From: Acidobacteriota bacterium
Lineage (GTDB): Bacteria; Acidobacteriota; UBA6911
Assembly (NCBI GenBank): GCA_016933615.1
Contig: JAFGAO010000068.1
Location: 840-64,839 of the forward strand
Reading direction: 5' to 3'
DNA length: 64,000 nucleotides
In this document: positions 35,602 to 43,313 of the stretch, piece by piece
How the letters are laid out: each line of letters starts with the position of its first letter
Position numbering within the stretch: the first letter of the stretch is position 1
Notes under the pieces: generated by a model
Told to the model about the DNA's origin: nothing
What the model saw: the letters and a program-made list of their open reading frames with translations, nothing else
Databases searched by the model: none
Position numbers and translations under genes: made by a program

Positions 35602-38046
35602 ATGGTCGAAGTGAACATGCAGCTTCTTGACAGGATCGACGACCTGAAACTCGGCGAACGGGTCCTGCAGTGGAAAAAGGCCGTGAAAGAGGCCGGGTGG
35701 AAACTTTTCGCAGAGAGGGAGAAATGGACCGTCCAGTCCTGGCGCGAAACCGAAGGGCTCGACATCCAGCTGCGGCGCGCCCTCCTATTCAAGAAGGTGG
35801 TGGAGAATGTCGAAATCCGGATTCAGGACTACGACAGGATCGCGGGCCGCCTGACGCCCGCCGTTATCGGATGCATGACCTCGATCGACGTCTGCGGCGA
35901 CTACATCCCGGGCATCTGGCAGGACTCCGACAAGCTGAGGATCACGATGGACGCCGACGTCGGCATGGATCCCGAAAGCATTGAAATTCTTCGCGCCGGC
36001 GCGCGGCTGTTTCGCGGGAAAACGGCGCCCGAGATGACCTACAAGGCCTGGGAGGCGGCCGACGGCGGCTGGATCAGGGATGCCGAAGCGGCCAAGCTCA
36101 AGGATCCGACCCTGGACACCGGCATATTCGGACAGGTCACTTCCGTACTGATGTGGAAGAAGATTTTGGAGAAAGGCCTGAAAGGCTTCATCCGGGAGGC
36201 CCGGGAGCATATCGACGCGTTTGTCGCAAACCGGGAAAGCGACATCGACCGGCTTTACTTCTGGAAATCCTCGATCATCGCATGCGAAGCGGTCATCGAT
36301 CACGCCCGCCGATACGCCGCCGCGGCCAGGGAAATGGCTGAAAAGGAAACGTGGCCGGAACGCAGGGCCGAGCTGCTCGAAATGGCGGCCGCCTGCGGCC
36401 ATGTGCCCGAGAATCCGGCCCGGACCTTTCACGAGGCGCTGCAATCGATGGCCATCGTGGGCGTGTGCAAGAACTACGAGCACCCGATGCACAACAATCC
36501 CCAGTGGGGGCGAGGCGACCAGTACCTGTATCCCTACTTCATCCGGGACATCGACGAGGGAACAATCACGCTCGAAAAGGCTTCGGACCTGCTCGCGGAG
36601 CTCATCGGCCGCTGGGGAACCCAAACCTTCGTCTCCTCCGAGAGCTCCATGGAATCGCACCAGATCAATTTCGGAATCAACAACGCCATGATCGGCGGTG
36701 TGAATGCGGCGGGCGAGGACGGTTCCAACGAATTGAGCTACCTGTTCCTGCACGTCGTCGGGCTGCTGCAGCTGTCGTCCCCGACCCTGGGCCTGCGCTG
36801 GAACGGCAAAACGCCCTCCTGGATTATGAACAAGGCCATCCGCACGAACATGGCCACCAAGGGCGGCATTCCCCTTTTCGAAAACGACGAAGTCGTCATC
36901 GAGCATTTCCTCAAGGACGGAATCCCGATCGAGGAGGCCGCGGAGTGGTGCGGGCTGGGCTGCGTGTATCCCTGCCTTCCCTCAAGGGCGGAGCATTACG
37001 GCGCCGAGGGCATCGCCGCCTGCAATCTGGCCGCGATGCTTCATCTGGTGCTGCACAACGGCGCAGACGTAAACGACAAACAAACGGGGCTGCAGACGGG
37101 CGACCCGAGAGAGTTCAAGAGCTTCGAAGATCTCTACGGCGCCCTGATGCGGCAGCACAGGTTCATCACGCACCGTATTTTCTGGCTTGCGTCCATCGCC
37201 CGCAGGGAACAGCCCAAGCACATGAGGCTCCCGTTTTTGTCGACCGTGGGCGTTCCGAGCTGCATGGAACTGGGGCAGGATCTCCTGATTCCGGACCCGG
37301 AATCCTGCATGTTCGGCATTTCCGACAGGGCCATCATCGACGTCGCCGATTCTCTCATGGCCTTGAAGAAGCTGGTGTTTGATGAAAAGAAGCTGACCAT
37401 GGGGGAACTTCTCGAGGCGATCGACGGCAACTTCGAAGGCCGGGAGGGGGAACGGATCCGGCGCCTGTGCCTGGCGCAACCCAAGTTCGGCAACGATATC
37501 GACGAGGTGGACCTGCTGGCCAAAAGAATCGGCGAAGACTCCGAGCGCATCATCCGCAGCTACGACAACTCCCCGTTCCGCAATTACATGATCGCGCGGG
37601 AAGGGCTCGCCTGGCACTATTTCGGCGGGCTGGGCGTGGGTGCCCTGCCCAACGGGAGAAAGGCGTTCGAGCCGCTCAACGACGGCTCCATCTCCCCGAT
37701 GAGAGGCGTGGACAGGGCGGGGCCGACCGCCGTGCTGCGTTCGGCGCTCAAGGCCGGGTTCAGGGAATCCCACGCCTCGGTGCTGAACCAGAAGTTCTCC
37801 GCGTCCATCCTGGGGAGCCGAGAAAGCATCGACAAGCTCGCGGCCTACACCAACGCCTTCATGGCAAACGGCGGCTCCCACATCCAGTACAACATGGTGG
37901 ACACGAACGAACTGCGGGACGCGAAAATCCACCCCGAAAACCATCGCGACCTGATCGTCCGCATCGGGGGTTTCAGCGCCTATTTCACGCAGCTTTCCGC
38001 CGACATCCAGGACGACGTCATCAACCGGAGCGAGCACAACCTTTAG
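35602..38046 (+). CDS. glycyl-radical enzyme, PFL2/dehydratase-like clade, unknown reaction
   Basis: Glycyl radical motif 'DLIVRIGGFSAYF' (Gly codon 37969-37971). Cys loop 'WCGLGCVYPC' (Cys codon 36961-36963). 'GPTAVLRS' and 'KFGNDIDEVD' blocks. Start ATG 35602, 6 nt after GGAG; the track start at 35563 overlaps the activase. Confidence 0.9.
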   Translation: MVEVNMQLLDRIDDLKLGERVLQWKKAVKEAGWKLFAEREKWTVQSWRETEGLDIQLRRALLFKKVVENVEIRIQDYDRIAGRLTPAVIGCMTSIDVCGDYIPGIWQDSDKLRITMDADVGMDPESIEILRAGARLFRGKTAPEMTYKAWEAADGGWIRDAEAAKLKDPTLDTGIFGQVTSVLMWKKILEKGLKGFIREAREHIDAFVANRESDIDRLYFWKSSIIACEAVIDHARRYAAAAREMAEKETWPERRAELLEMAAACGHVPENPARTFHEALQSMAIVGVCKNYEHPMHNNPQWGRGDQYLYPYFIRDIDEGTITLEKASDLLAELIGRWGTQTFVSSESSMESHQINFGINNAMIGGVNAAGEDGSNELSYLFLHVVGLLQLSSPTLGLRWNGKTPSWIMNKAIRTNMATKGGIPLFENDEVVIEHFLKDGIPIEEAAEWCGLGCVYPCLPSRAEHYGAEGIAACNLAAMLHLVLHNGADVNDKQTGLQTGDPREFKSFEDLYGALMRQHRFITHRIFWLASIARREQPKHMRLPFLSTVGVPSCMELGQDLLIPDPESCMFGISDRAIIDVADSLMALKKLVFDEKKLTMGELLEAIDGNFEGREGERIRRLCLAQPKFGNDIDEVDLLAKRIGEDSERIIRSYDNSPFRNYMIAREGLAWHYFGGLGVGALPNGRKAFEPLNDGSISPMRGVDRAGPTAVLRSALKAGFRESHASVLNQKFSASILGSRESIDKLAAYTNAFMANGGSHIQYNMVDTNELRDAKIHPENHRDLIVRIGGFSAYFTQLSADIQDDVINRSEHNL

Positions 38047-38090
38047 TATGATTACTTGAAAATTATTCGAATAACGGGGGAGATGTTTAT

Positions 38091-38873
38091 ATGACGGGGG
38101 GATTTCAGGGGAAAACGGCGCTGGTTACGGGAGCCGCTTCCGGAATTGGAAGGGCGGCCGCGCGGCTTTTTGCCAAGGAAGGGGCAAACGTCATTGTTTC
38201 CACAGGCACCAACATCCGGGGCGGAGAAGAAACCGTCCGGATGATAAAAGAAAACGGAGGGGAGGCCGCATTCGTCAAGTGTGACGTCACCCGTGCGGAA
38301 GATATAGAAGCGATGGTCGCGCGTGCGCTCGAACTCTACGGAGGTCTCCACTACGCATTCAACAACGCCGGCATTGGCCCCGACGGAGATCGTATGCCCA
38401 TCGTAGCGGTCGCCGAATGCCCGGTGGAAATCTGGGACAAAACGCTGGACATCAACCTGAAAGGCATATTCCTGTGCATGAAATACGAAATCCGGCAAAT
38501 GCTGAAGCAGGGCTTCGGCGCCATCGTCAATAATTCATCCATCGGAGCCTACAAAGCGGTCCCGGGATTCGCGGCCTACGACGCGAGCAAAAGCGGCATG
38601 ATCGGCCTTACAAAAGCGGCCGCGCTGGAATATGCAACCTCCGGAATCCGGATCAACGTCCTGTGCCCGGGTCCGACCGACGGCACGCAGCTGATGGAAA
38701 AACTGACCCGGTTCCATCCGGAAGAGCGGGATCATATCAACAGCACGGTTCCCATGAAGCGTTTGGCGTCTCCGGAGGAAATGGCCCAGGTCGCCGTCTG
38801 GCTGTGTTCGGAATCCGCGTCGTTCGTCACCGGATGCCAGATCCCGGTCGACGGCGGGCTTACAGCGACCTAA
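38091..38873 (+). CDS. short-chain dehydrogenase/reductase (SDR)
   Basis: 260 aa. 'TALVTGAASGIGRA', 'NNAG' and 'YDASKSG'. Confidence 0.9.
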   Translation: MTGGFQGKTALVTGAASGIGRAAARLFAKEGANVIVSTGTNIRGGEETVRMIKENGGEAAFVKCDVTRAEDIEAMVARALELYGGLHYAFNNAGIGPDGDRMPIVAVAECPVEIWDKTLDINLKGIFLCMKYEIRQMLKQGFGAIVNNSSIGAYKAVPGFAAYDASKSGMIGLTKAAALEYATSGIRINVLCPGPTDGTQLMEKLTRFHPEERDHINSTVPMKRLASPEEMAQVAVWLCSESASFVTGCQIPVDGGLTAT

Positions 38874-38883
38874 CTCCATATTT

Positions 38884-41304
38884 ATGCGCAGCAGTCCTGA
38901 CAGTGACAGGGGAGGATACGGAAGCATCCTCAAAGGCACCCTGGTACTGGATCTCGCGGACGAAAAGGGCAGCTACTGTTCGAGACTCCTTGCGGACCTG
39001 GGAGCCGAGGTCATTAAAATTGAACCGCCCGGGGGAGACCCATCCAGAAATCTGGGGCCTTTCTATCGTAAAGAAGCGGGCGGCGAGCCTGTCAGTCTTT
39101 CTTTCTTCTACAACAACCTGAACAAGAAAAGCATCTGCCTGGACCTCCGGGCGGCGGAGGGAAGACGTTTCTTCAAAAGGCTGGCGCAAAGGGCCGACGT
39201 TCTGGTGGACACCTTCCCGCCGGGCTACTTAGACAGTCTGAAGCTTGGCTCCGAATCGCTCCGCGGCGAAAATCCCGGCTTAATTCACCTTTCGATCACG
39301 GCTTTCGGGCACAGCGGACCGAAATCGGCCTGCCGCGCATCCGACAGCGCCGTTTCCGCCTATGGGGGCCAGACATACGTTTGCAGCAACGGGTCGGGCA
39401 AACCCTCGAAGTTGTTCGGCATGCAATCCTGGTACGCGGCATCGCTCTTCGGCGCCGTCGCCGTCATGCTCCGGCTGCGGCAGCGGAAACGAACCGGGCG
39501 CGGGATTTTCATCGACCTCTCCGCCCAGGAAGCCGTCGTCTCCACACTGGACCATGTGCTGATCGATTATTTTTCAGACCGTCGAATCGCCCACAGGCGG
39601 GATGCATCGACTCGTGACAGCCGCTTCCAGGTTGTTCCCTGCAAAGACGGTTTCCTCCTCCTTACGATCCTGGAAACCTGGGATACGCTGATCGAACTTA
39701 TCGATTCGGAAAACGGAGCCAGGAATTTCCCGGATCCGAGGTGGAGAGATCCGGATTACCGCCTGAAACACTTCGGCGATATGCTCAAAGTTATAAAAGA
39801 GTGGGCCTCGCGCCACACAAAACGGGAGCTGTTCGAAATCGGCCAGGCAATGCGCTTCCCCTGGGCTCCCGTCGCTTCAGCCCGGGAAGTTCTTGAAAGC
39901 CCGCAGCTGCGCTCCCGCGGTTTCTTTGTCGAAAGCCGTGTTTCGGGGGAAAAAGCGATCCTTCCCGGCACCCCCTACAGGTTCAATTCCTGGAAACCCA
40001 CGACTCCAGTGCCCGCCCCACGCCCTGGGGAACACAGGACCGAGGTACTGAAAAAACTGGACACCCATATAAAAATAAATAATTTAAAACATGAAGTATT
40101 TGATTATAAATATTCATATTTAAATAATAATATTCTAAAAGGAATCAGGGTGCTGGATCTGTCCAGGATGCTTTCCGGGCCGTACGCCACCCGGATCCTG
40201 GCTGATTTCGGAGCGGAGGTGATCAAGGTCCAGACCGGGAAAACCGCCCGGGGTGCCGAGCGCGACGACAGCGCCTATTTCAGCGCGTGGAACCGGAACA
40301 AGCGCAGCATCCGGCTGGACCTGGATTCAGAGGAGGCAGGAGAGGTTTTTCTGAAGCTGGTTGCTGGAAGCGACATTCTCGTGGAAAACTATTCCCCCCG
40401 TGTCATGGCCAATTGGGGATTGCCCCCGGATCGAATGAAAGACGCGAACCCTTCCCTGATTATGCTGAGCATCTCGGCGATGGGGCAAACGGGCCCCTGG
40501 AAAGACTTCGTCGGATACGCCCCTACATTCCATGCCCTTTCGGGATTGATGTCCGCATCGTCGTCTGTACCCGGCTCTCCCGCAACCATCGGACATGCGT
40601 TCGGGGACGTAATGGCCGGACTCTATGGCGCCTTTTCTCTGATGGCGGCTCTGGAATTCCGGGATAACACAGGACAGGGCCTGCATATCGATCTTTCCGG
40701 ATACGAAGCCCTGTGTTCCCTGCTCGGCCCGGCCCTGATGCATAACTCGCTGGCCCGTGATGCGGGCGAACGGAGCCGATGGTGTGAAGAATACTGCGAT
40801 ACGGTACCGGACGGGTGCTATCCGTGCCGGGGAACCGATCGCTGGTGCACCCTGACGGTAAAAAACGATACCGAGTGGCGGACATTCTGCAGCGTTCTCG
40901 GCCGGCCGGAACTGGAATCGGACCGCTTCGCCACCCCGGAGGGAAGGAGAAAACACGAACAGGCGCTCGATGACATTATTAAGAACTGGACGGAGGCCCG
41001 TTCTGCGGAATCCGCGGTCGGGGCTATTCAGAAGGCAGGGCTTGCGGCCGGTATCGTTCAGGACGCAAGGGAGATTTCAAGGGATAGGCATTTAACCGCC
41101 CGCAAATTTTTCATTTCCCTGAAACACCCGCAACTCGGCGATACGGCCGCCGACAGATCCGCCCTGTGGCCGTGGGACTGCGCCACGGACGGATGGCGGG
41201 CCGCGCCGCTTCAGGGAGAGGCCGACCGCGATATATTCGTAAAGCTTCTCGGAATGCCGGAAGAAACCTTCAGGGATTTCCTGAGGCGGGGGGTCATCGG
41301 ATAA
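38884..41304 (+). CDS. tandem fusion of two family-III (CaiB/BaiF) CoA-transferase domains
   Basis: 806 aa. Domain 1: 'LVLDLADEKGSYCSRLLADLGAEVIKIEPPGGDP...GEHRTEVLKKL'. AT-rich linker at 40066-40143. Domain 2: 'IRVLDLSRMLSGPYATRILADFGAEVIKVQ...LRRGVIG'. Confidence 0.85.
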   Translation: MRSSPDSDRGGYGSILKGTLVLDLADEKGSYCSRLLADLGAEVIKIEPPGGDPSRNLGPFYRKEAGGEPVSLSFFYNNLNKKSICLDLRAAEGRRFFKRLAQRADVLVDTFPPGYLDSLKLGSESLRGENPGLIHLSITAFGHSGPKSACRASDSAVSAYGGQTYVCSNGSGKPSKLFGMQSWYAASLFGAVAVMLRLRQRKRTGRGIFIDLSAQEAVVSTLDHVLIDYFSDRRIAHRRDASTRDSRFQVVPCKDGFLLLTILETWDTLIELIDSENGARNFPDPRWRDPDYRLKHFGDMLKVIKEWASRHTKRELFEIGQAMRFPWAPVASAREVLESPQLRSRGFFVESRVSGEKAILPGTPYRFNSWKPTTPVPAPRPGEHRTEVLKKLDTHIKINNLKHEVFDYKYSYLNNNILKGIRVLDLSRMLSGPYATRILADFGAEVIKVQTGKTARGAERDDSAYFSAWNRNKRSIRLDLDSEEAGEVFLKLVAGSDILVENYSPRVMANWGLPPDRMKDANPSLIMLSISAMGQTGPWKDFVGYAPTFHALSGLMSASSSVPGSPATIGHAFGDVMAGLYGAFSLMAALEFRDNTGQGLHIDLSGYEALCSLLGPALMHNSLARDAGERSRWCEEYCDTVPDGCYPCRGTDRWCTLTVKNDTEWRTFCSVLGRPELESDRFATPEGRRKHEQALDDIIKNWTEARSAESAVGAIQKAGLAAGIVQDAREISRDRHLTARKFFISLKHPQLGDTAADRSALWPWDCATDGWRAAPLQGEADRDIFVKLLGMPEETFRDFLRRGVIG

Positions 41305-41316
41305 AGTATCACCAAA

Positions 41317-41742
41317 TTATTTTTTGAGGGCTGCGACGGCGTGGTAGCAGGATTTGCGCTTGTATTCCCGGTCGAACAGGAGCGGATAGTTCGTACGGCC
41401 CCTGACGGGGAAATAATTTTTCCATGACTCGCCGTCGCCCGTTCCCCAGAAAGTGACGCGCCGGATCGCGCTACGGTATTTGAGAAACAGCTTGAAGAAC
41501 TCGACATAACGATCGGCGAGCTGTTTTTCGACCCCAGGAGGCATACCGTTCACATAGGGATCGAGTTCCTCGGCATACTGAGCCCTGTCGGATACATCGG
41601 CTCCCGTTTGCTGTTGCGCCCGTGGCAGTACGTCGACATCCATCTCGGTTATATGAACCTGCATTCCGGTCTCTGCAAAGGTCGCGATGCTTTTCTCAAA
41701 CTCCCCGATGTCCGGATAATCCAATCCGACATGCCCCTGCAT
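41317..41742 (-). pseudogene. GH10 (endo-1,4-beta-xylanase family) C-terminal fragment
   Basis: 141 aa starting at the 'GMQGH' block, with the nucleophile motif 'ITEMDVDV' (cf. ITELD). The N-terminal half, which carries the acid/base Glu, is absent. Only ~50 nt separate it from the upstream purF-like stop. Confidence 0.6.
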
Positions 41743-41793
41743 GCCGATTCCGGTCCGGTTAACGTGCTGCCTCGGTTTCCGCGAACAAAAGCC

Positions 41794-43200
41794 TCAACCT
41801 ATGGACTTTCCGTCCCAGCAGTACGTACACAGTTTTTCTTTCGGCAGGCCGATTGCCTCCACCAGATCATCCAGCCTCTGGTACTTCAAGGTGGTCAGGT
41901 TCAGCTGCCGGCCTACGCATTCGACCATGGCGCGGTACGGCCCCGAATCTGGATCCGCGTAGGTTCCCAGATCGATCTTCCCATCGGGATCGATTTCCTG
42001 AATCGCCTTCCGTGCGGCCAGCTCCGTCTCGGATTTGGATTGCGAAAAATTGAGGAATTTACAGCCGTACACCAGAGGGGGGCAGGCCGGGCGCATGTGG
42101 ACCTCTTTTGCCCCAAGGGCATACAACCGGCTGATGATATCCTTGAGCTGGGTGCCCCGGACGATGGAATCCTCGCAGAACAGCAGGCGCTTGTCATGAA
42201 TCAGTTCCTGAACCGGGATCAGTTTCATGCGGGCAATCAAATCCCGAACGCGCTGATCCCGGGGCATGAACGAGCGGGGCCAGGTCGGAGTGTATTTGAC
42301 GAACGGCCTGCGATAGGGCAAGCCCGCCTCCGCCGCATACCCGATGCCGTGCCCGACGCCGGAATCCGGGATGCCCGCCACGTAGTCCACCTCCACATTG
42401 TCGGCTCGGTAGAGCGCGGCCCCGCAGCGGTTGCGCGCCGCTTCCACGTTGATGTTTTCGTAGGTGGACGCCGGATAGCCGTAGTACACCCATAAAAAAG
42501 CGCAGATCTGCAGCACATCGCCGGGAGGATTCAGCCGCTCCATACCGTCCGGCGTGAGACGCACGATTTCGCCCGGACCCAGGAAAGAATCGATTTCGTA
42601 GTCGAGATTCGGGAAAGCTGCCGTTTCCATGGTGACGGCCCAGGAGCCTTCTTTCCTGCCTACGCACAACGGGGTGCGCCCCAGGCGATCCCGGGCCGCG
42701 ATCACGCCGTCCTCGCACAAAAGCAGCATGGTACAGGATCCCTCTATGGCCGCCTGGGCCGCCTGAATCCCTTCAACGAGGCTTTCTTCCTTGTTGATCA
42801 GCGCCGCGACCAGTTCCGTGGGGTTGGTTTCATTCATGGAAAGCTCGGAAAAGTGGGCGATGCGCTTCTCGAGGACCGTTTGCGTGAGAGCATCGAGGTT
42901 GTGGATGCGCCCAACGGTTGCCAGTGCATATCTTCCTAGATGGGACCCTACAAGCAGGGGCTGATCTTCATTGTCGCTGATGACCCCGATTCCCATTTCC
43001 CCAGCGAGCTTGGGCAGATCGTCCTCGAATTTGGAACGGAACTGGGAATTGGAGATGTCGTGTATGTTTCTTTTGAAGCCTTTTTTGTTGTGAACCACCA
43101 TGCCGCCCCGCCTCGTGCCGAGGTGGGAGTGGTAATCGGTCCCGTAAAAAAGGTCGATACTGCAGTCCGCCTTGGATGTTGCGCCGAACAAACCGCCCAT
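41794..43200 (-). CDS. amidophosphoribosyltransferase-like protein (PurF family, lacks N-terminal Cys)
   Basis: 468 aa. PRTase motif 'LLFCEDSIVRGTQLKDII' and Ntn-type domain similarity, but the N-terminus is 'MGGLFG' where 'MCG' is expected. GGGAGG SD lies upstream of the ATG. Confidence 0.75.
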   Translation of the reverse strand: MGGLFGATSKADCSIDLFYGTDYHSHLGTRRGGMVVHNKKGFKRNIHDISNSQFRSKFEDDLPKLAGEMGIGVISDNEDQPLLVGSHLGRYALATVGRIHNLDALTQTVLEKRIAHFSELSMNETNPTELVAALINKEESLVEGIQAAQAAIEGSCTMLLLCEDGVIAARDRLGRTPLCVGRKEGSWAVTMETAAFPNLDYEIDSFLGPGEIVRLTPDGMERLNPPGDVLQICAFLWVYYGYPASTYENINVEAARNRCGAALYRADNVEVDYVAGIPDSGVGHGIGYAAEAGLPYRRPFVKYTPTWPRSFMPRDQRVRDLIARMKLIPVQELIHDKRLLFCEDSIVRGTQLKDIISRLYALGAKEVHMRPACPPLVYGCKFLNFSQSKSETELAARKAIQEIDPDGKIDLGTYADPDSGPYRAMVECVGRQLNLTTLKYQRLDDLVEAIGLPKEKLCTYCWDGKSIG

Positions 43201-43313
43201 TGTGCCTCCCGACCGCCGTTACGGATCTCTTATCACAAAAAATGTTAAACGCGCGCATTACTTTAAAGGAAAATCATCCCGGCGTCTTCAATAAATCGAC
43301 CTCTCAGGTGAAA

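Noticed and set aside
34162-37382. ORFs 34162..34893(-), 34538..35443(-), 35785..36906(-) and 36351..37382(+)
   Set aside because: They are antisense or off-frame overlaps of the cupin, activase and GRE genes, with Arg/Pro/Gly-rich translations lacking motifs.
33600-38046. Calling the GRE an X-succinate (fumarate-adding) synthase
   Set aside because: No BssB/BssC-like small Fe-S subunit ORFs flank it, and I cannot verify fumarate-binding residues without an alignment. The idea is retained only as one hypothesis.
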